A stretch of DNA of 64,000 bases from Rebecca billardiae RCC1528 (Eukaryota > Protista > Haptophyta): positions 682,001 to 746,000 of the forward strand of contig OZ251248.1 of assembly GCA_965240325.2 (NCBI GenBank), in the 5' to 3' direction. The notes beneath the pieces are model-generated. The model saw only the letters and a program-made list of their open reading frames with translations, was not told where the DNA came from and ran no database searches. Below are positions 45,358-59,340 of the stretch, in pieces; the stretch's first letter is position 1; each line of letters opens with the position of its first letter. Made by a program: the position numbers and the translations under genes.

Positions 45358-48300
45358 AGCGAGGCGCCGGTGGTGAGCACCGTGCCGAGCAGCGCGCCCG
45401 TCTCGTTCAGGTCCTTCGTGATGTCCGCGTTCTCGTGCAGCCCGAACACCTCCGGCGCGGGCAGCAGCGGCAGCGTGCGGATGAAGCCGATCGTGTCCTC
45501 GATCGAGCCCACGCGGTCGGTCGGGATGTAGTAGGTGCCCGACGCGGAGAGGGCGTACGCCTCGCCGAGCGCGTCCTCGGCGTAGACCATGTCCATCGCG
45601 GCGTTGAGCAGCCGCCGGTCCTTGTCGTCCGTCACGCGCCCGCCGTAGTTGCACTCCGCCGTGCAGTACTTGAGCGCGAGGAAGGGTGTGCTCTCGTACT
45701 CGGTGAGGAAGAGGGACAGCTGCCGCACCGAGATGCGCAGGTCTGACTCGTTGAACTCGTACGGGATGTTCCAGCCGAGCGGGCCGAACTTGCGCCGCTC
45801 CTGCAGCCAGGCGTGGAAGAAGCACAGGCTGAAGAGCAGCCGCGTGAACGGCTCGCGCTTCGGGCACGACTCGAAGAACTCCGGGTCGGAGATCGGGTCG
45901 GTCAGGTAGGACGAGAGCATGTTGGCGCGCAGCCCCTTGGGCGGCTCGTTGGTCATCTTCACGCCGTTCTGCAGCACGAGCACGGGGAAGGCGGGCGAGG
46001 GGTACGAGGTGAGCCAGAGCCGGAACGAGGGGTGCGGGTCCGCCGACTCGAAGCCCTCGACGATCCGCTCGAGCGTCGTCATCCACGACACGTACAGGTG
46101 GCAGTTCTGCAGCACGACCCAGAAGCCCTTGGCCGTGCCCGAGCTCACGAGCTTCTCGGCGTGCGGCCCCTGGCCCTGCCCGAGCGAGACGGACTCGATC
46201 GTCGTCTTCTTCGCCTCGGCGAAGCGGATGAGCGCGTTCATCGGGTCCACGCCGGGCGAGAGCACGAACACCAGCGGCACCGTCGGCGTCGAGTCCGCGT
46301 ACGAGCCGGCGAGGTCGAAGGGCGGCGGCTCGATGAACTTTTGGCCGAGCTCGCCCGCGACAAACGAGATGACCGCCGGGATCAGCTTGTCCGGCCGGAT
46401 GGCCTTGAGCACGAGCAGCCGCTCGAAGGGGGTGAGGCGCTCGCTCCACGGCGCGGGCAGCTCGCCGAGCAGCGTGTCCGGCTCGATCGCGTCGTACACG
46501 CCGCGCCACGCCTCGGGCTCGGCGGCGACCGCGTCGGTCAGCCCCTCGAACGCGGGCAGCTCGGCGAGCGTGACAAAGTCCGCCCACGACTTGTCGGTGA
46601 GCCACGCGGGCGCGGGGTTGGGCGGCGCGTCGGAGGCGTCGAGCAGGATGCCGCCGACGATCAGGTACTTCCACTCCGCGTGGTTCAGCCGCTGGTACCC
46701 CTCCATCAGCTTGACGCAGAGCAGCAGCGAGAAGACGAGCTTGTCCTTCTCAAAGAGCGAGCGGCACACGTTGTTGTACAAGAAGAACTGGAAGTACTCG
46801 TTCAGGTTGGTCATGCGCACGTCGAGCGCGGCGTCGGGCGTCGAGTCGGCGATCGAGCGGACGAACAGGTCGATGAACCAGTTGAGCGAGTACTGGTACA
46901 TCGGGTCCACCGCCGCGAGGTCCGAGATGCAGAAAAAGAGCAGCGACGTGCGGTACGCGACCGGCCGGTACCCCTCGCGCGCCTCGTCGATCTTGAGCTC
47001 GGTCTCGACCGCGACCTTCTGCTTGGCCTCGATCTCGTTGGAGAGCTTCTTCGCGTCGTCGAGGATCTGGATGGCCGAGGCGTCCTCGAGGATCGAGCCG
47101 CCCGCCTCGCCGAGCACCTCGAGGATCTTGTCCTCGATCTCCTTGAGCTGCCGCCGGTTCTCGTTGCCCTCGACGACGAGCACCGACTTCTCCTCCTCGA
47201 GGTCGGGCCGCTCCTTGGCGACGACGATGCCGAGCAGCTGGTCCTCGAGGCCCTCGCGCGTGATCATGAAGTTGAGCAGCGTCACCTTCACCTGCAGCTC
47301 GGGCATGTAGTGCGGGTTGCGCAGCTTCGTCGTCACGTAGAACCGGAAGTCGTTCGAGTACTCGATCGTCGCGTCGCCGAGCCGGATGCAGAGCACGCCG
47401 CCCTGCTTGAACGTCTGCTTGACGAGCAGCGGCTCGAGCGCGGGGTCGAGCTCCTCGAGGACGTTCTCGAGGAGGACGGGCTTGCCGAACTGGATCGCGT
47501 TCTCCAGCGTGCGCAGGTACGTCGACTGCGTCAGCTTGATCACGTGCATCCCCGCCTCCGCCTCCATGTTGCGCACCCACTTGTTCGCCTGCCCCTGCGG
47601 GTCGATCATGAGCGGCCAGCGGCGCGCAATGTTGGTCACGATGCCGTTGTCGCACGAGAAGGAGTCGGTGGGCAGCCCGTGCGCGTTCCACGCGCGGATC
47701 TTGACCGGGTCGCCCAGCGTCTCCTGGAAGTTGAAGCGCTCCGAGCGCGGGATCCGGTTCTCCTCGCACAGCTTCATCCAGCCGTCGGTCGCGCGCTGCC
47801 GGTACGTCACAGTGAACGGTCCGAGGTACGCGATCACGCCCGCCGAGATGAGCACGTCGCCGGTGAGGTTGGTGTACCGCGGGCCGAGCGAGGCGGCGAC
47901 CTCGGTCCAGCGCACCTTCTCGCCGCCCAGCCCCGAGAGCAGCTTCTCCGCGCGCTCGAGCTTGTTGTTGCAGTCGTCGTACTTGTCCTCGAGCGACTTC
48001 TTCTCGCGCGAGAGCTCGGCGAGCTTGGCCTGCATCGTCTCGAGCTTGTCCATCACCTCCTTGAGCTCGGCCTGCTTGGCCTGGAGCGAGGCCATCGCGG
48101 TGGCGTACTCGCCCTCCGCCACCTTGAGCTTCTCCTTCTTCGGCGCGACCACCTTCACCACGCGGTCGTACACCTCGAGCGCGAGGATCCACTTGCAGAT
48201 GCCCTCGGCCGCGGACGACGCCTTGGCGATCCGCTCGGGCGTGAACTCGTCCATCGGCTTGTACTTCTCGCGGATGCGCTTCATGATGGCGGGCTTGATG

Positions 48301-51300
48301 TTGTCCTTGTCGTACGCCTTGAGCGAGTCGAGGAACGCCTTCGAGTCGTTGAGCAGCGCCTTCCCCGGCCCCCAGTAGTCCTCCACCATCTTCTGCGTCT
48401 CGGGGTCCTTCACCTTTGCGGGCTTGATCTCTTTCATCACGCACACCGCCTCCATCACGAGCTTCACGCCGGCGGGCGGGTTGCTCATCGAGCGGACGAG
48501 GTCGATGTCGGGCTTCTTGAGCGTGTCCAGCGCGGCGATCGCCATGTTGAGCGCGGGGATCGCCTCGGCGAGGTCCGCCTCGCACTCGTCCTTCATCGCC
48601 TTGGCGGTCGCCGCGACCTCGGACGTGGCGCGCTCCTCCGCCTGCACGACCTCCTTCTTGGGCTCGACCACGTCGCGCACCTCCTTGTCGATCACGACCT
48701 GCATCTCCTCGGTCTCGGCCTTCGCCTTGACGAGCTGCGGCTTGAGCTCGGTCAGCTCGTCCTGCATCTTGTTCACCGAGAGCCCCGCGTCCTCGAGCTG
48801 GCCCAGCCCGTTGTCGTACCGCGAGCGCAGCATGCTCACCTCGCGCCGCTTGTTGGCGAGCAGCGACTTGAACGTCTGGATCAGCTCGAGGTACGAGGTG
48901 GGCGTGATGTACACGTTGCGCTTCTCGTCGTGCAGGAAGGCGGAGGAGAGCTCGAGCGAGCCCACGTGGAACGCCTTGCACATCTCGATCACGCCCGGCC
49001 GCACGCTCGACTCGAGCTCGACGTCCTCGAGGAACTTGTGCGCGACCGCGTCGAGCGCGTCGCGCGGCCACGCGCGGAACCAGTCGATCGTGCAGCAGTT
49101 GACGAGGGAGGGGAACATGCGCAGCCGGTTGCGGAAGGCGTCGCCGATCGGCGACATCGCGAGCACGACGTGCAGGTACTTGCGCGACTGCTCGACGAAG
49201 TACGTGTACAGCGCGCCGATCGAGCCGTCGCCCTCGCGGCCCGCCTGCCGCGCGGCGTCGCGCACCATCTCGGCGAGCGCGGCCTTCTCGTCGTTCGCGA
49301 AGAGGTTGGGCACCTCGCCCGCGTTGAGCAGGCCGTTGATGTCCTCGAGGTACGCCTCCTCCTTGATCTGCGTGTCCGCGAACAGGAAGATCGTCCCCTT
49401 CCGCTCGCCGCCCGCCTGGCGCAGCACCGCCTTGATGTCCTCGCGCCAGTCGACGAGCGAGTACGTCTTCGACACCTCGATCTGCTTCACCTCCATGTCT
49501 GCGATGTAGCCGGCGAGGCGCGTGAGCGACTGGCGGCCCGAGCCGCCGATGCCGACGAGCAGCGCGTTGCCGCGCGGCATCATCAGCACGCGCGAGATCC
49601 GCGCGATGTGCTCGATCGCGAAGAGGAACAGCACGAGGTTCATCGGCTTGGACGAGATCTGGTTGTACTCGTCCAGGTAGGCGTTCATCGTCGGCGCGAG
49701 CGCCGTCACGTCCTCGACGAGCTTGTACGCCTTCACCTTGGCCTTGGGGTCCTCGAAGTCGCAGTACATGAGGTGGCGCACGTCCTCGTCGTCCAGCGCC
49801 TCCTTCGGCTTGTGCGCGATCCGGCCGAACAGCTTGGGCGCCGTCAGGTCGAACTGCGACTTGAGCAGCTCGCGCGCCATCCCGAGGAACCACGAGCAGT
49901 CGGCGTCGTCGGTCAGCCGGTCGTAGAAGACGCGCATGAGCTCGTGGAGCCAGACGGCGACGAGCTCGTTCGGCCCGGTGAAGTCGTCCTTGTGCGTGAG
50001 CAGGATCCCCTGGATCACGCGCGAGAAGTCGCGCAGGTTGAACGTGTAGTGCGACTTGGTCGGCGTGGGCAGCAGGTGCTGCACGGACGCCTTGTACGCG
50101 CTCATCGTCGCCGCGACAATCGACGGCGCCTTGGTGCGGAAGGTGGCGTCGAAGCCGGAGCGGTCGAGCCACCAGTCGAGAATCGTCTGGAAGATGCGCA
50201 CCATCGACATGTCGTCGAACTCGGTGAACGCCACGATGTTGAAGTGCCGCATGTACCGCGGCGTGATCGGGTTGCGGCCGCCGCCGGGCGGTCCCATCGC
50301 GCCCACAAACGTCAGGTCGACCAGCTGGCGGAACGAGTTCTCCTTGAGGTCGTACCAGCCGCCGTGGTCCATCCACTGGCGGAGGAGCTCGACGGGCGGC
50401 TGCGCGCCGTACCGCTCGAGCACGGGCATGTTCAGGTCGTCGACGAACACCGCCATCTTCTTGCCGAGCGGCGGGCCGTACACGCCCTTGCGCCGCTTGT
50501 CCAGCTTCGAGTCGATGATGTCCTGCGTCTGGTTCGCCGAGGTCTGCGCGGAGAAGTTGACGAAGAGCGAGACGTACGTCTCGGCCGAGAGGCCGTCGAG
50601 CAGCTTCTGGTGCACGTACACCGACTTGCCCGTGCCCGTCGGCCCGACGAACAGCGTGGGCATCGAGTGCGTGACGAGCGCCTCGAGCAGCGACGTGTAG
50701 CGCACGGTGTCGATCGTCGGCACGATGATGTTGGCAAACTCGGCGCCGTCGGGGATGCGCATGTCGTCGCGCGAGATCGAGTCGGTCCAGAGGGCCCACT
50801 TGGCGCGCGCCTTGTTGAACGTGTACTCGTACACGCTCGCGTCGCCCTCGGGGAACATCACCGCCAGCTTGACCACCTGGCCGAACGTGCCGTCCACCTT
50901 GTCGTACGGGCGCGGCGCGCGGCCGGCGCACAGCTGCCGGAAGAAGGCGTCGAAGCTCTTGCGGCTCGCGGCGTCGAGCACGCCGGCGACGCCCCAGACG
51001 AGGGAGAAGAGGAAGGTCGCCTCGACCCACAGCTGCGCCTCCTTCGCCGGGATCTCGCGCGCCACCTCCTCGCCCTCCGCCGCGTCCTTGAACTCGTCCA
51101 TGTGCGCGTCGAAGAGCTTCATCAGCGCGCGCACGCGCGTGATCTCGTCCGTGTCGAGGATGCCGACCGAGACCATCGAGCGCGCCTCCTTCATGATCCA
51201 GCGGTTGACCGAGGGGACGAGCCAGCCGAACAGGTTCTTCAGCGCGTCGGCGTGCCCCTTGAGCTTCATCGGCAGCGCCTCGAGCCACGACTCCATCAGC

Positions 51301-54300
51301 GGCCGCCACGACATCGCCTGCGGCTCGAGGTAGACCATGCCGCAGCGCGAGACGGTCGCGGGCGACGCGACCGCGAGGTCCTGCACCTCGAACATCATCG
51401 TCATGGGCGAGGACATGGCGATGATCTCGCCGGACATGAGGCAGAGCTTCTTGTTGTCGTCGAGCACCGTGTTCATGTTCTCGATCCAGATCGCGTCCAC
51501 CGGCCCGTCGAAGACGACCCACTGGCGGTCGGGCAGCCCGTGCATCGTCTCCTGCTGCGCGGCGAACCGGTACGTGACGGCGAGCACGCCGTCGGACCAC
51601 TCGTGCGTGACCGGGTCGAACTGGCCGTAGAGCTGGCCCATCGTGATCGCCTTCGGGTTGAGCACGTGCGCGTGCGTCCGCTTCTCGCCGTTCAGCCCGT
51701 TGTCGCACAGGTTGGTCAGCGCGCGCTGCAGCACCTGGTACGCGGCCGTCTTGCCCGAGTAGGAGTAGCCGACCAGCATCAGCCCGTGCCGCACGATGAT
51801 CATCTCGTACAGCTGGCACACCTTGGTGAAGAAGGCGTCGGTGAGCTGCAGCCCCATCTTCTCGCAGTTCTCCAGCGTGTACTTGTACAGGTTGTCGTAG
51901 TCCGCCGGCGGCAGCTTCACGCCGGGGAAGAGGTCGGACGTGATCCCCTCGAAGAGCGGGATGTCGTGCGAGAGGAACTTGGGCAGGTTCACGTCGATGA
52001 TCGAGCGGAGCATCAGGATGTTCTCGTCCTCGTCGGGGAACTGGCGCTTGAGGTTGCCCGCGGCGCGGAGCACCGCCATCACCGCGCGCATCCCGTAGTC
52101 GTAGTGGTCCTGCGACGAGAGCTGCTCCGAGCACAGCTTGTACGTCTGCACGATCTTGCGCGCGAGCGTGCGCGCCTGCAGGTAGCCGTTCGAGTAGAGC
52201 AGGATCTCGCCGATCAGCGCGTAGTCGGGCACCATCATGGCGCACGAGCGGAAGAGCGCCTTGAGGTTGTCGGGCAGCTCGGCGCGCCCCGCGTACCCCG
52301 GGTTCATCGTGATGAACACCGACGACGACATGCGCAGCGGCAGCTGCGTGCCCTCGAAGAGGAACGTCTTGAGCGCCTTCGCCTTTGCGCGCTGGATCGT
52401 GAGGATCTGCTGCGCGATCACGGAGAGGACCTCGACGTTGATGCGGTTGAACTCGTCGAAGCAGGCCCACGCGCCGGTGGCGGCGAGCCCCTTGAAGAAC
52501 TTCGCCATCGCGAGGTAGTCCAGCCCGTCCGAGCAGTTGAACACCACGCACTGGATGCCGACCGCCTTGGCGAGGTCCTTGGTCGTCTCCGTCTTGCCCG
52601 TGCCCGCCGGCCCCTCGGGCGCGCCGCCGAGGTCGAGCTGCAGCGCGGACATGAGCGTGCGGTAGCAGCGGTCGGTGAGCGGCGTGACGACCAGCCGGCC
52701 CTGCACGCCCAGGTACTCGTACCCGTACGGCAGCGACGCCGAGATCATCTTGCACTGGATGCCCGCCTCCTCCTGCACGTAGCGCAGCTGCGACGTCCAC
52801 TCGAACGCGTTCGGCTCGTTCACGTCCGCCTCGACGATGGCGACGGTGGTGTCGCGCGCGTGCACGTCCATCACGATGAGCGGCGAGACGACCTGCCGCG
52901 CGAGCGCGTCCATCTTGCCGCGCACCAGCTCGACGATCTTGTCCAGGTCGCCGTTGAGCTTGTCGACGTACTGCGCGAGCGCGCGCGAGCCGCCCGACGC
53001 GAGCGCCTGCTCGACCTCCGACGTCCAGAAGAGGCCCGTGGTGGTGAGCACGGCCTGGCCGGGCCAGTTGAGCACCCAGTCGTGCCGCGCGGTCTCCTTG
53101 TACGCGACGACCGACTCCTCGATCACGCGCCGCGTGTTGTGGAACATGTACTGCTCGACCTCGACCAGCCACTGCTCGACCATCGCGCTCGGCTTGATCG
53201 CCGAGCCGACAAACGGGATCGTCTCGGCCTCGGAGGAGATCATGCCGGCGATGTCGCCCGCGTCGGAGAAGACGAGCTTGCTGATGCCCTCGAAGCACTT
53301 CTTCAGGTGCGGCTGCACGCGCTTCGGGTCCTTCGTCTCCGAGAGGATCTCGAGCAGCTCGTCGTTCGAGAGGAAGAAGAAGCGCGGGAAGTAGAGCCGC
53401 TTCATCTCGAGGTACTCGTTCAGCCCCTTCTGCACCTGCTCGAGCAGCTCGTGCTGCTTGCGGTACGAGTCGAGGATGCCGGGGATGTCGGCGACGGCGA
53501 GCACGTTCAGGTTCGCGTGCACGCTCTTCATCATCTCGCGCCACATCGCGTCCTGCTCCTTGAAGAGCTTGCCCTCCTTGGGCATCTGCCGCATGATGTC
53601 CTCCGAGCCAAAGATCGGCTCGAGGTACTGCCACACGCCCTGCACCTTGAGCCAGATGTCGACGAGGTCCTGGATGAGCGTGAGCTTCGCGACCCACGCC
53701 TTCGTGCGCTCCTCGTGCGGCCCGATGAACGTCGAGCCCGCCATCGTCTGCGCCTTGACGATGTGGTCGTCGAGCAGCTGCTGCACCTCCTCCACGCCGC
53801 CGATGATGTGCGTGCCCGTGTCGCGCCAGTCCTTCGTGACGAGCTCGAGCGGCGCCCACTCGCCGTGCATCTTGTCGAGCGCGCGCTCGAGCGAGTACTC
53901 CTTCGACGCGGCGTCCGCCACCTCCTGCAGCGCCTCGAGGTGCTTCTCCAGCCCCATCGAGAGCACCGTCTGCAGCGAGGTCGTGTCCGATGGCTTGAAC
54001 GAGTACCCGATGATCTTCGAGACGGACTCCCAGTGGCGGTCGCGCATGCCCGCGTTGGCGACGACGGAGATGATGGGCAGCTTCTCCTTGAAGTCGTCCA
54101 TCTGCGACTTGAGCGCCTCCGCCACCTTGCGCGGCTTGCTCAGGTCCACCACGTCCGCGCCGCCGCCGTCGTCGGGCTCAAACTCTTTGAGGCACTTGAA
54201 GTTGGTGCGCCACATCGTCATCACCTCCTTCTCGACGAGCTCGGGGTCGAGCCCGCGCATCGAGCCGTTGAGCCACATGTACGAGGCCTTCTGGAACTCC

Positions 54301-55642
54301 TGCGCGTTGCGCCACAGCGTCGCGTACGGCGCGAGGATCGCCGGCGCCTGCTCGAGCTGGATGAAGTGCGTGCGCGCAAAGCCGAGCATCTCTTCCTCCG
54401 TGTTGAGCTGCTCGGCGCGCGCCTTCGCCTCGTCGAGGTCGGCCTGCAGCTTGGCGATGGTGGTGACGTTCTCGCCCATGCGCGAGAGGTCGCCGAAGGA
54501 GGTGAACATGTCGGCGACGCGCACGAACTCGTCCAGCTCCTCGACGAACGTGTCCTTCCGCGCGTTGAGCTCGTCCTCCGCGCGCGTGCGCTCGTCCTTG
54601 AGCCGCTTCTGGCAGTCCTCGAGGAGCGGCTTGATGCGCGACGGCCACAGCCACGTGGAGCCGACGAGCTTGAGCTCGTCGTCGGAGAAGTGGTAGGCGT
54701 GCTCGACGAGGAAGGCGAGCTGCTTCCGCGCCGCGTTGAGCTCCTTGTTCAGCTCGACCAGCGTGTCCTTCGACTCGGCGAGGTACTTCTCGAGCGCCAC
54801 CATCTCCTCGTCCGTCGACGGGTGCACCATCAGTCTCGCCGACATCTCCTGGTACGCGTGGCAGATGGCCTGGTCGCGCGCGCCGAACTTGGCGCCGATC
54901 GAGGCGGTGAGCGCGGAGGCGAGCTCCTCCGCGCGGTTCGCCAGCTTCTGCTTCACCGCCGACGCGTTGATCTCGACCAGCGTGAAGAGCACCTCGTCGG
55001 GCGCGCGCTCGCCCACCTCGCCGCCCGCCTTTGCAAACTTCAGCACCTCGGTCGTGTGCTCGGCGAGCGAGTGGTCGGCGCGGTTGAAGTCCTCGACGCG
55101 CTTCTCGGTCTCGGCGGAGAGGAGGTAGCGGTACGGCGCGTACCGCCGGAGCATCTCGCCCGTCGCCTCCATGTTCGCCTCGACGATCGCCTGCACGTCC
55201 GCCTTGGCGCGCGTGATCAGCTCATCGTCCAGCGTGCACACCAGCAAGAGGTTGCCAACAGACGAGTGACGGCCGAGCTCGCCCTCGATGCGCGGCAGCG
55301 TGTTCATCATCGAGACGAAGTGGTCGAGGATGGCGAGGAGGGTCTTGGTCAGCGCGCCCGCCGTCGGGTTGAACTTGAAGCCCTCGCCCTCCACCAGCAT
55401 CTTCACGATGAACAGCGCGCGCGCGTCCTTGGCGCCCTCGGCCGCGGGCTCGTCCGCGGGCGGCGTGAACTGTCTCAGAAAGTTCACGTACGCGTGCACC
55501 GAGTTGGCGAGCAGCGAGCGCAGCTGGTTGAACATGAGCGTGGAGACAGCGGAGAGGAGCGCGCTCGGCGCGTCCGCGTCGGCGGCCGCGTCGGCCGCGC
55601 CCGCGCCGCCGCCGCCGCCGCCATTGCCGCCGCCGCCGCCGC

Positions 55643-55674
<32 letters not shown>

Positions 55675-56798
55675 TCGCCGTCGTCGCCGCCGCCGCCGTC
55701 GTCGGCCGCGCCGCCGCCGACGAGCGCGTCGCGGCGGAAGATGTCGACGACGGTGGGCAGCCACTTCTTCTTCAGCGTCTGCACCACCTTCTCGCAGTGC
55801 GAGTGCTGCGTCTCCTTGAAGCGCTCGACCTCGAGCGGCGAGACGGGCGGCATGGCCGACACGTTGCACAGCAGCAGGTGCTGATACTTGTCCCACGCGT
55901 GGAGCAGCTGGAGCATGCCGTCGTGGTTGACGACGAGGCCGGACTCGATCGCCTCGTACCCGTGGATCACGTTCTCGTGCCACTGCCCCAGCGCGAGCGA
56001 CACCGGCGAGAGCGACGCCGCGCACTCCGCCACCGACGGGTCCTGGCTCGGGTGGAAGACGTTCGTCTCAAAGTCGCGCGGCGGCTCAGTGATCTGCACG
56101 CGCTTGCGCTCGCGCGGGTCCTTGAGGACGTACTCGAGCGTGGCCTTCTTCACCGCGGCGACGTAGCCGCCGCGCACCTCGTCGAGCAGCTCGCCCACCA
56201 TCTCGTCCACGCGCTCCTGCGCCACGCCGCCGAGCAGCTGCGGCACCTGCTCGAGCGCGTGCTCCGCCCACGCGTCGTTAAACGGCGCGAGCGCCGACTC
56301 GTCGACGCCGCCCGAGACGTAGCCGTCGAAGCGGCGCTCGAGCGCGGCGGGGTCGGTGATGTGCGCGGAACGCAGCGTGCCCACGAACATCTCCTCCTCC
56401 GCGAGCCGCGCCTCGCGCTGCTGCCGCTGCAGCACCTCGAACGCCGAGCCCTCCGGCGAGCTTGGCGGTAGCCCGTGCTCGACAGGCGGCAGCAGCGGCT
56501 TGCACGCGAGGCCGGTGGCCCAGCCGCGCCGCACGACCTGCGGGCGCAGCGGCGAGGGCGACGCGAGCTGCGTCGCGCGCGTCGTCGCGAGCTGCGCCTC
56601 GTCCATCTTGCCCAGGCTCGTGCGGTTGAACGCACCGATCCGACTCGACGGTGCGAGGTAGCCGCGCGAGGGGTTGAACGTGGTGGCCTGCGTCCATTGG
56701 GTGTTGTCGAGGAGCGCGGGGTAGCGGCGCTCCTCCGGGGCGGCCGTGACGCGCGGCTGCCGCCGGTACGGCGAGCGCGGCCCGCCGGGCGACGACAT
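44057..56798 (-). CDS. Axonemal inner-arm dynein heavy chain (DNAH3/7/12-like)
   Basis: P-loops GPAGTGKT, GYSYSGKT, GPTGTGKS and GIGGSGRQS; CVVFNCSDGLDY, FPRFFFLSNDELL, stalk/MTBD, and C-terminal RRGVLATTGHSSNFV. Exons 56798-45108, 44986-44910, 44793-44664 and 44479-44057 give 12321 nt (4106 aa). Confidence 0.96.
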
Positions 56799-57026
56799 GC
56801 TCGCCCGCGAGGCGCGTCCCCTCCCACGGCGCCTGCTCTCAACAGCTGATCAGCAGGTAGTGCCTGCCCCAGCGCCGCGAAACGGCGACCTGATCAAGAG
56901 GAGCGCGCTGCGAACGCACGAATCAGCATGGCTGCCGCCAAGGGCGGCCCGCCGCCCCGCCCGCGCGGTGTCTTGCCACTTTTTGCCAGCTCAAGCCGGG
57001 GGCGGCTGCGTCGACCTCCGAGCAGG

Positions 57027-59340
57027 ATGGAGGTCGTCACGCGGCGCGTGCGCCGCTTCAAGCAGCCCGAGTTGGAGGAGGATCAGTGGGCGCGGCTGCG
57101 CGACGCGCTGCTGCAGCGGCGGCGACAGACCGAGGAGGTCCAGGCCGAGCCGACCGACGACGACGCCGAGCAGGTCACGCCCACGCGCGGCGCGCGCGCG
57201 AGCGACGGCGGCGCCGACAGCGCCGACGCGGCAGCGAGCAAGCACAAGGCGGCTGCCGTCGACGAGGAGACGCTCTCGCGCATGCGCGCGAACCTGCAGC
57301 GCCTACAGGAGCGCAAGACGCAGCTCTTCACCCTGCTCAAGACCGTCCTCGCCGAGGACGAGCGCAAGAAGCAGGCGGAGGAGAGCGAAAAAGCGATGGC
57401 CGAGCCGGCCGCAGACCGCCAGCCAGCGATGGGCGACGAGTCGCAGGTGGGCGGCGGCGGCGGCGGCGGGCAGCCGCCGCCGCCGCGTGGGGGGCAGGCG
57501 ATGCGCGCGGGGATGCACGGCCCGTACTACATGGGGCAGCACGGGCCCCCGGACGACGGCGGCTGGGGCGGCGGCGGGCCTCGACAGCCCGCGTACGCCT
57601 ACGCACACAGGTGAGAGAGGCCGCGCGCGCCGTGCGCCGCGGTGCGCGAGGCCCCGCGCGCGCCGGGGCCGCGGCCGGCTGCGCCGCGCGCGCGCGCGCG
57701 CCGACGCGGCCACGCCGCGCGCCCCTCGCCGCCGCGCGCCGCGCGCAGGGGCGCGGCCGTAGGCCCACACCCCCAGAGCCATCGGTGCCGCCCTGGGGGC
57801 ATTGCACCGCTGAGCCCCGTTGGCCCGCCGCATAAGGTCGCGGCGATGGGCGGGCGGGACGACGGGCCTGTGCGCGCTGCGCGCTGCGCGCGCGGCGCGC
57901 CGCCGCCGCCGCCCGCGCCCCCTGCGCCGCCCGCCCCGCGCGCGCACTCGGCGGCTCACACGTCCATCGCCGCCGCCGCGCCGCGCGCCCGCCGCCCGCC
58001 ACCGCCGCGCCGCGCCGCGCCGCGCCGCGCAGCCGATGGGTCGCGGCATGCACTGCGGCGGCATGCCGCCGCACGCGCAGTCGCCCAAGCCGCTGATGCG
58101 CGTGACGAGCTGCGGCGGCGGCGGCGGCGGCCCGCCGTACCAGCAGGGCCCGCCCAGCTGCGGCCGCATGCGCAGCGGCTCCGATCGACCGCCGCCCAAC
58201 ATGCAGCCGTGCGGAGCCGGAGCGTTTGCTTGCGCGCCGCCCGCGCGCCAGCAGAGCGGCGGCCCCGGCCCGCACGGCTTCGGCTGCTTCGGCGGCGCGC
58301 CGCCGCACGCGGGCGGGTACGGGCTGCACCGCGCCGCGTCGGCCGGCGCCGTCGACTTCGACGCGCACCAGCCGCCGCCCCACCGCTACGGCATGGGCGG
58401 CCCGGGCGGGCTGCCGCCTGGCGTCGAACCGTGGGCCATCGACCGCGACCTCCGAGATCGCGATCTGGGAGATCGGCCTCGAGATCGGGAGCGGGATCGT
58501 GAGCGCGAGCGCGACCGGGACCGCGAGCGCGACCGGGAGCGCGACCGCGACCGCGACCGCGACATCGAGCGCGACCGCGAGCGCGAGCAGCGCGAGCGCG
58601 AGCGCCTCGAGCGAGACGAGCGCCTCGCCGAGCGCGAGAGAGAGTACCGCGATGGGCGCGACGGCCGCGACGCGCGCGACAGGCCGATGCCGCCTTACGA
58701 GCGCGAGCACGGCGGCGGGCCCCCGGGGCACTGGCTGCCGGAGATGGGCGGCGGCGGCCCGCCGCACCACCCCGCCGCGCGCGAGCGCGAGCGCGACGGC
58801 GGCGGCGTCCACTTCCTCGGCCCGCACGCGCGAGATCGTATGGAGATCATGCACCCACATGGGTATCCTCCGTACCGCGGCGGTCCGGGGCCTGGGCCTC
58901 CGGAGCCGTTCCACCACTGCGACCCGCGCGGCGGCGGGAGCGACCCGCGCGACCCGCGCGATCCGCGCGCGCGCGGCTGCTTCTCCGAGCGCGGCATGCC
59001 GCCGGGCTACCCCATGCACCCGATGGAGGGCGCGCCGGGGCTGCCTATGGGCGCCTACCCAGGCTTTGGGGGCGGCGCGTGCCGCCCGCCCGCGGGCGGG
59101 TGTGGGCCGCCGCCGCCGTCGATCCCGCTCAACCGGCCGCCGCCCGGCGGGCCCGGCGACGGGCGGCACGGCGGGCCGCCGCCGCACATGTACCACGGCC
59201 CGCCGCACGGCGCGCCGCCGCACCACGGTATGCACGCCGGGCAGCGGCCGCCGAGCCCGCCGCCCATGCGCGGGGGTGGCCCGCCGCTCGGCCCACCGCC
59301 GCAGCACCACCCGCACGGCGGCCCGCCGGGGTACTACTGA
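57027..59340 (+). CDS. GPS2-like coiled-coil protein with Pro/Gly-rich tail and RD/RE dipeptide tract
   Basis: Exons 57027-57610, 57749-57869 and 58033-59340 give 2013 nt (670 aa). Coiled coil EETLSRMRANLQRLQERKTQLFTLLKTVLAEDERKK. An alternative in-frame ATG lies at 56928. Confidence 0.7.

Noticed and set aside
45813-56471. 3552-aa plus-strand ORF antisense to dynein, and the 2369-aa alternate-frame ORF
   Set aside because: These are shadow ORFs caused by extreme GC bias at third codon positions. They have no recognisable motifs, and the dynein frame explains the sequence.
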